Source of the DNA: Eledone cirrhosa | Lineage: Eukaryota | NCBI GenBank assembly: GCA_964016885.1 | Contig: OZ024740.1 | Coordinates: forward strand, 132,680,001 to 132,744,000 | Length of the DNA stretch: 64,000 nt | Direction: 5' to 3' | Shown here: in pieces, positions 21,757 to 34,979 of the stretch | How the letters are laid out: each line of letters begins with the position of its first letter | Numbering within the stretch: position 1 is the first letter of the stretch | Position numbers and translations under genes: made by a program | Notes under the pieces: generated by a model | Databases searched by the model: none | The model's input: the letters and a program-made list of their open reading frames with translations, nothing else | What the model was told of the DNA's origin: nothing

Positions 21757-23588
21757 TACTATGATCATTTCAATGACCGTGTTCAGTATTCGGTGACATC
21801 ATCAGGTATTCAAAATATAAAAAAGGAATATAACAGATAAAATCCATGGAGCTGAAAATCAGAGACAAGAGGACGGCTGACTATTTAGCAGCTTTTACCC
21901 CGGTCGGCCGCCCTCAAGGGTTGATTATTAGGTCTACTTATGACCATCTAGTGAAGGGGTGCAAGCTTATAGTGTGCTACTATCTCCCCGTCAAAAGAAA
22001 AATGTCAGCGTTGAGGTCATGCCTCAATCAAGCTGATCATGCGTTCTAGAAATTGCCTCGAAAAATGTTTTTTCAAAGAACATATATTTTTAACAATTGA
22101 CATTGAATATTAAGACGTGAATATACACTAGGTATCACCTGATACCATTCCATCTATTCCATCCTCTATATCTATATGTATAACCTTGTATTATCCAAAT
22201 GCACCTTGATCTATATTTCCCCTGTATTTTGATTTCATCGATAAGTTCTTATATACTTTCTTTTTACTCCATGCATCATCAACCTAGTTACGACTGCATT
22301 TTCTTTATGTATTTTGCATATTATTCCTTTTATTTGTGTATTTACTCGCTTTATTATCATTATATACTTATAATCGTGCTCATTAGCACACGACCCTAGA
22401 ATATTACTCTCTGTACCCTTATATCTATTTATCTTTATTCAATCCCCCCACCCACGCAAGAACCACACTACATATAACCTGGACTAACTGGTGACTAAAT
22501 ATAGTCTATTTGCGCATTTCATCGGATTTTACAACTTTCAACCAAACATCACGGGTGTGAATAAATAATACTCGTTTTGTAACACGCGATGATCCGACGG
22601 ATGTGGCAGCGTTACCGAGTGCACGCCGGGCGCTCGGGTAGATCAGCCTTCCTTGAGTGCTAGGAAAAATAAATTTCCCCTTCATTCGTTAAAAGAAATT
22701 ACTCGGAACTGCCTCTTCGCCCTGGGGCCCTGTCAGACATGGAACCCGCCGCGCCACCGGCTTTGACCGCCAAATAGTACCTTTAGATTCTAGGCTTAAT
22801 CATAACTATTAGATGTATCATGCCTCCTTCTACTAGCACTTAACTAAATCCCCCTCCTGCGAGAATTACTAGTAATGGTTTGGTGTAAACGATGGCCAGC
22901 TGGCGGTGGCGGGCTTCTCGCTAGCACCCGACGCCTAAGACAGTTTCGTTCCTGGAGTGCTCGGAAAAATTAATTTCTATTTCTTTCGCTAGACGATATT
23001 ACTCGGAACGGCTGGCACGTACTTAGGGCAGTGCTGGCCGAGGGTCTGCGGTTGTCGCTGGTTATTGACCGCTAAGCAAGGGCTTAATCTTTACTCTCTT
23101 TCTACCCTGAAACTTTATCGTGACTATCTATAATACACTTAAACATTTTCATTAATTCTTTAACTAAATCTCATAACCCAAACCTTAAACCTTATTTTTC
23201 TAATTTCATCTTCTAACACTAAACATAAGTTTAACGTTTCTAATTGTTAATCGATTTTTCTATCCACATATTATACCATATATACGCCCACTTATTATGT
23301 CTTTGTTGAAAATATATCTTCTTTGAAAAAACATTTTTAGCGGCAATATCTAGCACACATGATCAGCTTGATTGAGGAATGACCTCAACGCTGACATTTT
23401 TCTTTGACACGGAGATATTGCATACTATAAGCTTGCGCCCCTTCACCAGATAGTCATAAGTAGACCTAATAATCAACACTTGAGGGCGGCCGACTGAGGT
23501 AGAAGCTGCTAAATAGTCGATCATCCTCCTGTCTCTGATTTTCAGCCACATGTATTTTATCTGCTATATTCCTTTGTTATATTTGATA
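21757..23588. mobile_element. Non-coding element with ~285-bp inverted ends (family X, copy 1)
   Basis: 21811-22097 mirrors 23303-23588. Shares termini and internal GC-rich modules with 53616-56377. No credible ORF. Confidence 0.75.
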
Positions 23589-23728
23589 TATATATATAGT
23601 AATAGTAATATTTATATTCATATATATTTGATATAACTATAAATATGAAGGGTAGTACTAAGTACTAGCCGGTTACCGGTATGACAAAAGGCTGAATGCA
23701 CATTTTCAAGTGTTTTACGGAGCCGCGA

Positions 23729-25343
23729 TACAAAGTGTTAAAACGATAAAATGTTAGTTTAGAACATTTATTAGCTGACAATTGTTTCTTCCCAAGGGAA
23801 GTCTAGTATAATCGGAGCATAAGTAATGTCGAAATATGTAACTAAAGTCCCAGTCATTTAGAACATTTAGGGTACATCATTGTTATTAGTGTCAAAGGAG
23901 AGTCAGGAGTTAAAAAGATGTTCTGCTTGAACGAACACAATTAGAGACAGCACTGGTTGGAAGTGTAGTAGGTGTAAGTAAAAATCACACGCAACAAAAT
24001 CACAAGCTACAAAAAACCACAAGCTACAAAAAACCACAAGCTAAAAAAAACAGGCAAAAAAGCTATAAGCAAGGAGAATTGGTGTACAATGCAGGAGTTA
24101 ATTCAGTCAATAATGCATGTATGAGGAAAGAGTTATAATGCAGTTGAAATAAACGTATTTTGTGTGGGGTGTTAAAGCATGTTATAATTGTTATAAAAGT
24201 TTAAGATAGTGTGCGAGGCTTGGTGACAATGGAGGTATTTTTTATGTAAGGTGTAATGCAAAGCACATGGTAGAGTTGGGTATGTAATTTTCATTTAAGT
24301 GTTTTTGTGTAGTAGTTCGGATGTATGTGTGTATGTTGTTTGTTACTCACAGCTATTAACCATGGGATCATTTTAAGTCGTTTAAAGTCAATATGTGTTT
24401 GTTTGTTAAATATAAATTCCGTCAAATTACTGGCCATGTTGTTATTTTAGGTATATTATTTTATGCATTTTTTATCTATAAATTATCTTTTGTAGGATTA
24501 GCTGTTAATAAGCTTGTATTAAGCGAAAAGCTTAGTAACAGTTAATACAAACCCTACAAAAGATAATTTGTAGATAGAAAATGCATAAAATAATATACCT
24601 AAAATAACAACATCGCCAGTAATTCGGCGGAATTTACATTTAACAAAGAAACACCTATTGACTATAAACGACTTAAAATAATCCCATGGTTAATAGCTGT
24701 GAGTAACAAGCAACATACACACATACATACGAACTACAACACAAAAACAATTAAATGAAAATCACATACCCAACTCTATCATGTGCTTTGCATTACACCT
24801 TACATAAAAAATTCCCACATTATCACCACTTGCCTCACTAACAAATTGCACACTATCTTAAACATTTATAACAATTATAAAATGCTTTAACACCCCACAC
24901 AAAATACGTTTATTTCAACTGCATTATAACTCTCCTCATACATGCATTATTGACTGTATTAATTCCTGCATTGTACACCAATTCTCCTTGCTTATAGCTT
25001 TTTTGCCTGTTTTTTTTAGCTTGTGGTTTTTTGTAGCGTGCGGTTTTTTGTAGCTTGTGATTTTGTTGCTTGTGATTTTTACTTATACCTATTACACTTC
25101 CAACCAGTGCTGCCTGAAATTGTGTTCGTTCAAGCAGAACATCTTTTTAACTCCTAACTTTCCACAAGATGCCTTTGACACAAGTAACAATTATGTACCA
25201 AAAATCTTCTGAATGACTGGGACTTTAGTTACATATTTCGACATTACTTATGCTCCGATAATACCAGACTTCCCTCTTCTGGCAGAAACAATTCTCAGCT
25301 AATAAATGTTCTAAACTAAAATTTGAGCGTTTTAACACTTTAT
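23729..25343. repeat. Large imperfect palindrome (~800-bp arms, centre ~24520)
   Basis: Continuous mirror symmetry, e.g. GGAGCATAAGTAATGTCGAAATATGTAACTAAAGTCCCAGTCATT and its reverse complement at ~25212-25256. Confidence 0.95.
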
Positions 25344-25415
25344 ATATATATAGGTACTTTAATCCGGGTTGAATCGGAGGTAGCCGCAGTAAGTAAGGTA
25401 CTCAATACATACCAG

Positions 25416-25982
25416 GGTATCTTCACTTTGCTGAAAACACATTTCCCCATACAACATAGGTACCACACCATCTTTAATAAGAACACAATAAGACTCTCCT
25501 ACTCCACCACACCTAACCTAGCTAGGAATATAGCCAACCACAATTCTAACAAATTAAATAAGCCAACCATTTCCTAACTCAATCCCCGGACTGGGGCCTT
25601 GTGTAATTGCCTAAATAAGGAAGCCTGCCCACTTGAAAACAAATGCCTGACAAATGATATCGTATACAAATGCGATGTCATCTCAGGCACTGATGATTGC
25701 AATAACAAAAAGACTTGCATCGGCATGACTTCCAATAATTTTAAGACCCGTTGGTATGCCCATATCCACTCCCTCAGAAGACTAGACAAATCAAACCGGA
25801 CAACACTCGCCTCCTATGTTTGGGACTTCAAAAGGAACTCCACCCCCTTCACGCTTAAATGGAAAATACTCCAGAAAGCGCGCTCTTACACCGGAGGACA
25901 CAACGGCTGCGACCTTTGTATCTCAGAGAGCTATGAAATTTTATTCGCCAAGGGCCGGCTACTGAACAAACTCTCTGAACAC
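25416..25982 (+). pseudogene. PLE RT thumb + GIY-YIG endonuclease fragment (Hydra-like type)
   Basis: HFP..IFNKNTIRLSYSTTPNL..HN, in-frame TAA at 25575, then CNC..CPLENKCL..IVYKC..CIGMT..FKTR..CDLC..LLNK. Cut at 25982 by the next element. Confidence 0.8.
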
Positions 25983-28607
25983 TGTAGTTGCTAGCTATAT
26001 TAGCTCCGCATACGGGTCTTGTTGGTGGTCCTGTTATCGGGTCGTCGACTGTCTTGTGATCTTTGCGGAGGCCATACAAGGGTGGTATGCCATTGTTAGA
26101 CGCCTGGAACTTGTTGGCAGTGCGTCTGCTTGGCTTTAGGATGTCAGTCCAACAGGCGTCTAACAATGGCATACCACCCTTGTATGGGCTCCGCAAAGAC
26201 CACAAGACAGTCGACGACCCGACAACAGGACCACCAACAAGACCCGTATGCGGAGCTAATATAGCTAGCAACTACAGGATCTCCTACTTCCTCTCAATGG
26301 TTATACGCCCCATAATCAAGATGTCCCCAGATGTATGTGAAAGTACAGAGGACCTCCTCAGCAGAATCAGTCAGTGCAACAAAAACAGGAACCTATCCAA
26401 CTGCATAATAGGCAGCATGGATGTGGTGTCACTGTACCCATCCATTAACATTGATTTTGCTGTGAAAAGATGTGTGGAGATGATCATTGAGAGTGAGGTG
26501 GAGTTCTGCGACGTCGACACAGACGAACTGGGCCTCCTACTTAGACTTACCTACGACACTGACTACATAGACAGCCATGACCTTAGATGTTTCTGCCCTA
26601 GTAGACCTATAAGAGGTAGAACCCCACCATAACCTCAATGGCGAAAAAGACTCCCACGGGAAGGTGGATTGGGTGGACCAAAGCTATACGGACCCCCCAA
26701 AACAATGATCAGGTAAGAAAAATGGTCGCACATGCAATAGGGGCTAGTATCAAAACTACCCTAAAGGGCCACATATTTAAGTTCAATGAGAAAATCTACA
26801 TCCAAAATGAGGGAGCAGCTATCGGCGTCAGCATAGCTGGTGATGTTGCCAACCTTTTCATAGTATGGTGGGAAAGGAGACTTAAAGATGTCCTTAATGA
26901 AAGCTCCATAGACCTCATCATGTACTCTCGTTATGTAGACGATATCAATATAGTTATAAGAACACCCCCACTAGAGAGCACTAACAAGTTTGATTTAGAA
27001 CGTAGCACGATGGAAAGCATCCAGCAGATAGCTAATTCCATACACCAGAGTATAACTGTAACTATCGACTTCCCTTCCAAACACCCTAACAATAGACTAC
27101 CTGTATTAGACACAGAACTCTGGATTAACACTATAGACGAGAGAGCCCAAATTCTCCACTCACACTATGCTAAACCCATGGCCTCCAAATACCTGATACT
27201 CAAAAACTCAGCAATGTCCAGTAGTGCTAAGTTTAATATTCTGATCGCAGATTTGGTACGAGTGATGAAGAATGTGTGCAGCATGTGCCACCCAACAGAA
27301 ATGGAAAGACACATCCAACAGTTCATCAACCGCATGCAGTTCTCTGGCTTCAACCAAAGAGACAGAGTCACAGCATACGAAGGAGCCATGGAAAAGTATA
27401 AGACCCTCATAGGACTGGACATGAAAGGAATTTGCCCATTATACAGGAGCAAATCATGGAATAGCTTAGATAGGGCTAGACATAAGATAGGGAAGGCGAC
27501 ATCATGGTACGACAACCAGAGATATCAGTGTCATGTTTGTGGACGCCACCCCTGGAGGGAAATTAGCTAACCAGTGTAGAAAGGCCCTGAGAAAGACCCA
27601 CTTAAAAATAAAGGTGGTAGAAAAGCCAGGAACCACCATAAAATCCCTGATCAACAAAACCTACCCTTTTAAGAAAACACACTGCACCAATAGGACATGT
27701 ATCATATGTAAGGTGAACCCCCGGATAAACTGTAAAACTAGAAACGTAGTCTATAGCATAAGATGTACAGAGGGTACTTGCAGAAACATGACAACAACAT
27801 ACATAGGTGAGACAGCTCGTAGCATAGGTGAAAGGATAGACCAACACTGGGGGGAACTAAAAGGTCGAAAAAACGGGTCAGTACTATACGAACATGCTAG
27901 ACAACAACATGACGGTAACCTAGACAACATAGACATTAGAATATTATCTAAACATAGGAATGACCCAGCAGATAGCTAAATCAGAGAGACCAGTGAAATA
28001 GAAATTAGAAGACCAAAGCTAAACAGAAAGAATGAGTGGAACAACAACAAAACCCAAACAAACAACACTGACCTAAGAGATGTATAAATAAGTAAATAAA
28101 ATAAAATAAAATAAGATAAATAAATACATACACAAGCACAATAACAACAAGCACATAAACACACGCTAGTCACCCAGCAGACACAACACTATACACACTA
28201 GTCACATAGCAAACATAACCCTTACACACACGCAAACGCATGCGCAAAGAAGACAAAATAAAATAAACAAACAAGCAAATAAATAAATAAATATATAGAC
28301 AGACTGAATAAAAAATGGCGTAGACATACAACACAACAGGAGGAAAAAATATAACACCACTGACGATGTTGCAGATGTGCAACGAAAGATTTATGTAAAT
28401 TATGTAAACTATATATATGTGTTTGTGTCTATATTGTATCTGTATTATTTTTGACCGTCGGTCAGTCAACGGCAACATTGAGGACCGAGTAAGTTAGATC
28501 GCAGATATAAAAGACAGCGAGAAGCGAAAACCAACCAAACAGTGATTGTGTTCTGTTATTAATTCTGGCAATATTACACAAATATGACCCTCCCCAAGTA
28601 TAACGAT
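25982..28607 (+). mobile_element. 5'-truncated, frameshifted PLE (Nematis-like): RT + C-terminal GIY-YIG, 3' UTR with hammerhead remnant
   Basis: LYGLRKDHK..PPTRPV, SMDVVSLYPSI, QNEGAAIG, RYVDD, VLDTELW; FVDATPGG..C..C..C..CKTRNVVYSIRC..YIGETARSIGER..LN. Confidence 0.9.
28356..28396 (+). ncRNA. Minimal type I hammerhead remnant in PLE 3' UTR
   Basis: CTGACGA-t-GTTGCA/gatg/TGCAAC-GAAA-gatt-TA. Stems I and III are eroded. Confidence 0.55.
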
Positions 28608-28653
28608 ATTTGTTTCGACACACGATTTCATATAAAAAACCTCGCTAAATTAA

Positions 28654-28658
<5 letters not shown>

Positions 28659-28735
<77 letters not shown>

Positions 28736-29222
28736 CGTGTGTGTATTTATATGTATATGTGTGTATATGTATGTAGTTGTGTATGTGTGTATATGTGTAT
28801 ATATATATATGTGTGTATATATATGTGTGTATGTATGTGTGTATGTGTATTTATGTATATATGCAGGTATGTGAATGTTTGTGTATATATGTGTATATAT
28901 ATATATATTTATATATATGTGTATGTGTGTGTATGTGTGTGTATATATGTGTATATGTGTATATGTATGTGTATATATGTATGTATTTGTGTATGTATGT
29001 GTGTATATATGTATATAGACATATACATATATATATGCATATATATATATATATGTATATATATATGTATATATATATATATATATATTTATATGTTTGT
29101 ATGTATATATGTATATATATGTATGTGTATGTGTGTATATATGTATATATATATATATATATGTATGTGTATGTGTATGTATGTATGTGCGTGTGTCTGT
29201 GTATATATATAGTATATATATG

Positions 29223-29243
<21 letters not shown>
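28659..29243. repeat. Compound (AT)n/(GT)n/(ATGT)n microsatellite
   Basis: Direct inspection. Confidence 0.95.
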
Positions 29244-29253
<10 letters not shown>

Positions 29254-29408
29254 ATTGCCACCCTACCTAAAAATATATATATATATATATATATACATGT
29301 ATATTGCCACCCTACCTAAATATATATATATATATATATACATGTATATTGCCACCCTACCTAAAAATATATATATATATATATATACATGTATATTGCC
29401 ACCCTACC

Positions 29409-29453
<45 letters not shown>

Positions 29454-29472
29454 ATTGCCACCCTACCTAAAA
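29244..29472 (+). repeat. Five copies of ATACATGTATATTGCCACCCTACCTAAA separated by (AT)n
   Basis: Direct inspection. The last copy continues into the RTE ORF. Confidence 0.95.
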
Positions 29473-31310
29473 AGAAAAGCCGAAGCCAAATGAAACCTAT
29501 TGCCTCAGAGAAGGTAGTTGAGGCAAGGGCCCATCTTAGGTCAATATCCCAATCTCACCATCAATCCCCATCTCAAGGTAAAAAGATACAGCTTATCATG
29601 GCCAAAAAATCACTAGACGATGCTTCTCTTAATGCTGAAGCCGACTATATCTCAGGTAGGATTGATCAGCTATCGCAACATCACATCAGCAAACACCATC
29701 ATCTTGCTTGGAAGGTTGTCAAAGATCTTTCAGGCAAAAACTCAAACTCTGCAGTTAGAATCAAAGGAGGCTCTGCCAAAAAACGTCTTGAAAATTGGTC
29801 TGCTCATTTTAAAAACCTTCTAGGGAAAAAGGCCAGACTCCCTGATAACTATCAACAGCCATCCGTTCCGGTTTCAGAGGCTTTAGGAATCAACACCTAT
29901 CCTTTCACCTTGCCTGTGCTCAAAGAAGCCATCAAACAGCTCAAAGCCTCAAAAGCCTTTGGGCCGGATAACATACCTACCCTGATTTGGAAGGATGAGC
30001 ATTTCCACATCCTTTTGCTCAACCTATGTAACTATACTTTCGAGACCAATAAACCACCTAGCGTCTGGCATGCAGCTCAAATTATCCCCATGCCGAAAAA
30101 AGGAGATCTTTCTTTAGCCACCAACTATAGAGGAATTTCTGTCATGGCAATTGCTGCAAAAATATACAAGAAGCTTCTTAATCGCTTAATCGCATTTCTT
30201 GAGCCAATCCTTCGTAACAACCAGAATGGATTTAGGAGAGGTAGATCAACACTTAGCCAGATTCTCTGCCTTCGCCGACTTATAGAGGAGTCCCAAAACT
30301 GTATTCTAGACCTTGCACTCATCTTTGTTGATTTTTCAAAAGCCTTCGACTCAGTTGACAGGTCGGGGATGTTTGAAATTCTACAACTCTATGGGATTCC
30401 TGATAAAGTCATCGCAGCCATACGTGTAATGTATACATATACCAAATCAACTGTCCTGACTCCAGATGGGGAAACACCACCTTTCTCAATCCTCGGTGGA
30501 ATTTTACAGAGCGATACCCTTGCTCCGTATCTATTTATCATTGTTGTGGATTATGTTTTGCGCATGTCTGTGGATGGGATTCAGGATAGGGGATACCAAC
30601 TACAGCCTAGGAGAAGCTCACGCTACCCAGCAAAATACTTGACCGACACCGACTTTGCTGACGACATCGCATTGATCAGTCGGTCACTGGAAAAGGCTGA
30701 GAGTCTTTTGAAGTCATTAGAGCAAGCGTCCAACTGTGTTGGACTGTACCTCAACGAATCCAAGACTGAGTATGTGAACAGATGCGCAAACAGCCCAAAC
30801 TACCCCATCAGAACCCTTAATGGTACCACCCTTACGCAGGTGGAAGATTACAAGTATCTTGGCTCATATATCTCCTCCAAAAAAGATTTTCTAACCGGGA
30901 AGGGTATGGCATGGTCAGCCTGCAATGGCATGCACGTCATATGGACATCTCAACTTACCAACAAGCTAAAACTTGAAATATTCCAGGCAACCATTAAGCC
31001 CATATTACTTTATGGATCCGAAACTTGGACACTAACATCACAACTTGAGAGGAGATTGGATGGCACATATACCCGCCTCTTAATGAGAGTGCAAAACCTA
31101 TCCTGGAAACGACATCCCACCTTGTCTAAAATCTATGGCAAACTCCCTCGAGCCTCTGCCCTTCTAAAATCCCGGAGAGCTTAATTTGCTGGCCACTGTC
31201 ACCGTGCCAGCAATGAAATCATATCGGCTCTCTTGCTCTGGAACCCTGACTCCAGCCTGACTAGGAGTAGGAAGCTGTCATTCCCTGACGTTATCTCTAG
31301 GGATACTAGG
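29448..31310 (+). pseudogene. RTE-clade LINE, 5'-truncated RT region
   Basis: GPDNIP, KKGDL..NYRGIS, QNGFRRGRST, FVDFSKAFDSV, QSDTLAP, DFADDIAL, YKYLGS, LLYGSETW. No APE domain. Stop at 31184 with further coding-like sequence after it. Confidence 0.85.
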
Positions 31311-31324
31311 ATACTAGGGATACT

Positions 31325-32198
31325 AGTTAATATGGGGGCTTATTTTACAGGTTATACATTTCTTATCTATACATGAGGGTCTTTGAAAAGGGTATGTCTT
31401 GCTACCCTTTTCAAAGACACTCATGTATAGATAAGAAATGTATAACCTGTAAAATAAGCCCCCATATTAACTGTAAAACTAGAAATGTAGTGTATAGCAT
31501 AATATGTACTGAAGGACAATGTAGAGACAAAAATATAGTGTACATAGGTGAGACAGCTCGTAGTGTAGGGGAACGGATAAATGAACACTGGCGAGACCTT
31601 CAAGATAATAAAGAATCATCTGTACTCTACCAACATGCTAATATAGAACACAAGGGTAAATTAGAGAACATAGAAATAAAAATAGAATCTACACACAGAA
31701 AAGACGCAATGTTTAGACAAATTACAGAGGCAATAAACATAAAAGAATTACAACCAAAATTAAATAGAAAATATGAGTGGAACAGGAACATCACCACTTA
31801 CAATTAAGGACAAAATGAAAACACACACACATATAGAACAAACAACCAACCAGTAACATGATAAATAAACAAATAAATAAATGAACATAAACACACACAA
31901 ACACCCGGATGTGGTGCATGCGCAGACGGAGCACACAACACACACACAGAAACAAAATGGCGTAGGACAGAACAAAGGAGATGCACAGAAACAAAGAAAG
32001 GAATCCCCAGTCACTGAAGAGGTCACAGAGTGTGTGACGAAAGAACTATGACAATATATAAACAACTATCTGGTTGTGGAACCAACCAACCAACCAGAAA
32101 TTTATAAATTTATGAATTTATTATAATAAATTGTAGTGAAAGCAACTGGTGCGTGTGTTTCTTATTGGCAACATGACCCTCCCACAGTATAACAATAT
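31325..32198 (+). mobile_element. Second Nematis-like PLE 3' fragment (GIY-YIG + 3' UTR)
   Basis: CIDKKCITCK..CKTRNVVYSIIC..YIGETARSVGER..RQITEA..LNRKYEW, paralogous to 27533-28040. Ends in (AT)n. Confidence 0.88.
32010..32052 (+). ncRNA. Minimal type I hammerhead ribozyme in PLE 3' UTR
   Basis: GTCA-CTGAAGA-g-GTCACA/gagtg/TGTGAC-GAAA-gaac-TA-TGAC: 4-bp stem I, 6-bp stem II, very short stem III, CUA site. Confidence 0.72.
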
Positions 32199-32215
32199 AT
32201 ATATATATATATATG

Positions 32216-32829
32216 TAAATATCTTTAAGTCGTTTGGAAGCCTCGACAATGCAAATGGGTAAATATCCGGGTAACAAGATCCGGTGGTGGAGAGAGAGAT
32301 GTAAGTAGGTGTACGTTGATATGCGTGGTGTGTATAAGATGTGTAAATGTGTAGAAGAAAGAAGGGAAGAGTATAAAGGATAAAATTAAAATAACAACAC
32401 AAGAGAGAGTTACCTTGGGAGAGATTTCATAGTCCCTATATATTTCGGATTCACATCCATCAACTGGGGGTTTTTTCCGGGGTAAAGGTTGTCTGTCGGA
32501 CAGGTGCGAAACGCGTCCTCCGCTGTTTGTTGTTTCGCACCTGTCCGACAGACAACATTTACCCCGGAAAAAAAACCCCAGTTGATGGATGTGAATCCGA
32601 AATATATAGGGACTATTAAATCTCTCCCAAGGTAACTCTCTCTTGTGTTGTTATTCTTATTTTATCCTTTATACTCTTCCCTTCGTTCTTCTACACATTT
32701 ACACATCTTATACACACCACGCATCTCAACGTACACCCACTTACATCTCTCTCTCCACCACCGGATCTTTTTACCCGGAGATTTACCCATTTGCATTGTC
32801 GAGGCTTCCAAACGATTTAAAGATATTTA
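32216..32829. repeat. Fold-back palindrome (~295-bp arms) between (AT)n tracts
   Basis: ORF twins 32121(-)/32643(+). Centre GCGAAAC..GTTTCGC at 32505-32538. Confidence 0.95.
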
Positions 32830-32881
32830 TTTATTATTCCACAATGCTACAAGCAAACTTCAATACTCTCTTATATATATT

Positions 32882-32970
<89 letters not shown>

Positions 32971-33003
32971 ATATGTGTGTATGTGTGTATATATATGTAT
33001 ATA

Positions 33004-33064
<61 letters not shown>

Positions 33065-33236
33065 ATATGTATATATATATATATATATATGTGTGTGTAT
33101 GTATATATGTATATATATGTATGTATGTATGTGTGTATATATATATATATATGTGTGTGTATATATGTATATATGTATATATATATGTATATATGTGTGT
33201 ATATGTATATATATGTATATGTTTATATATATATAT

Positions 33237-33452
33237 TTATTTGATTCCTTTACCGGTTTCACAGTTCTTCTGCTTTTCAAAAGGTGAGTTGAGATGGAGG
33301 GTCTGTAGTTTTTCTCACATCTGGTTGGTCTCTGAACGTTACTTGTTTTATATGGAAAAAGTTGCTCGAAATGCCAGGTTTTTCGAGAAGTAATTTGATT
33401 GGTTTGTCAATAATTATAATAAATTTCGCGCCAGTTCGCGTTACAATAGTTC

Positions 33453-33495
<43 letters not shown>

Positions 33496-33599
33496 TATAT
33501 ATATAAATATATATAGAAGAACTATTGTAACGCGAACTGGCGCGAAATTTATTATAATTATTGACAAACCAGCAAATTACTTCTCGAAAAACCTGGCAT
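33237..33599 (-). mobile_element. Probable PLE 3' end with decayed hammerhead and an inverted partial duplicate
   Basis: Minus 33247-33284: CCTT-TTGAAAA-GCAG/aagaa/CTGT-GAAA-CCG-GTA-AAGG then AATAAA. 33371-33457 is mirrored at 33513-33599 around (AT)n. Partial copy at 34891-34976. Confidence 0.6.
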
Positions 33600-34196
33600 A
33601 TATATATATATATGTGTAGTTGTGTGTGTGTATGTGGGTGTGCGCGAGTGTATGTGTGGGTGTGTGTATATGTGAAAGTGTCTGTTGACTTTTGAATATA
33701 GTTTAAGAGAAATTTGAAGATAATTGTATGATATGCAGTCAATATTTTGAACTGGACTATAGAATTCTCTAGGCCTTTGTCACTAAGTAGAACCTTAAAG
33801 AATTAGCTTTTAAAGAGTCTCCCCTTTCTTTAAATCCATCAACCATGACTGACCCGCAACGACCTTATAGACACCTAAAATATAGGCATTGTTAGCTTAA
33901 GAGAAACTACAAAATAAGGAGTGGCGTGCCTCCCCATTCTGAACGTGTTTATAAAATTCTTTCTGCCTTTGTTACTCTAAATATAAATTATAGCTTTAAA
34001 GAATTAGCTTTTAATGAATTCCCTTTTCTATCAACCAATGAGCTCTACCCATCCCACTCACTACCTTTTCCTACCACCTGAAAAGACCTATAAATACCAT
34101 ATTTATTTTTTGATACCCAGATTCCTGTTGATTTCTAAGAAATGAAACAGTTCTAGTCCTGTAGAATCTCATCTATATATGTGTGTGTGTGTGTGT

Positions 34197-34264
<68 letters not shown>

Positions 34265-34515
34265 GTGTGTGTGTGTGTGCGTGTGTGTGTGTGTGTGTGA
34301 TAAATGTAATATGAGTTTTTCGAATATTAATAATAATATTCGATTTGTTTGCAAATATGTAAACAGCCTCTTTTAAGCCATGTCAGTAGAATGAGCACCA
34401 TATTCTTGCTCTTGTGTTGGCAGTTATGTTAACATGCCAATAATCTACGATTACATTTATTGTATTCGCCCATGTAGAGTGACAACATTTTCTTAGTTAT
34501 TATATATAAGTATAT

Positions 34516-34556
<41 letters not shown>

Positions 34557-34691
34557 TATATATGTGTGTGTGTTTGTGTGTGTGTATATCTATATGTATG
34601 TATAGATATATATATATATGTATTTATGTATACATACATATATACATACATATATACATACATATATATACATATATACATATATATATAT

Positions 34692-34771
<80 letters not shown>

Positions 34772-34979
34772 GTGAGGTTTTTTTTACAAATTGAAAAATA
34801 GCTGAGTTGTCCTACACGAGTGAATGTATAAAGAAAAAGAGATGAAATCGAAAATGCAACTGGAGTCTTATTTTATAAAAAAATATGTATATTTATGTGG
34901 TTCCTTTACCGGTTCCGCAGTTCTTCTGCTTTTCAAAAGGTGAGTTGAGATGGAGGGTCTGTGGTTTTTCTCACAACTC

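Noticed and set aside
23801-23843. Hammerhead remnant in the 1.6-kb palindrome (AGT-CT..GAAA-TAT-GTA-ACT)
   Set aside because: Core and stem II are too degenerate, and the orientation is opposite to that in the other fold-backs.
29244-29472. CRISPR-like 28-bp repeats with spacers
   Set aside because: Spacers are only (AT)n, there are no cas genes, the context is eukaryotic and the repeat runs into a LINE ORF.
28584-34775. Long YI/CV/HT-rich ORFs
   Set aside because: Translations of (AT)n, (GT)n and (ATGT)n microsatellites.
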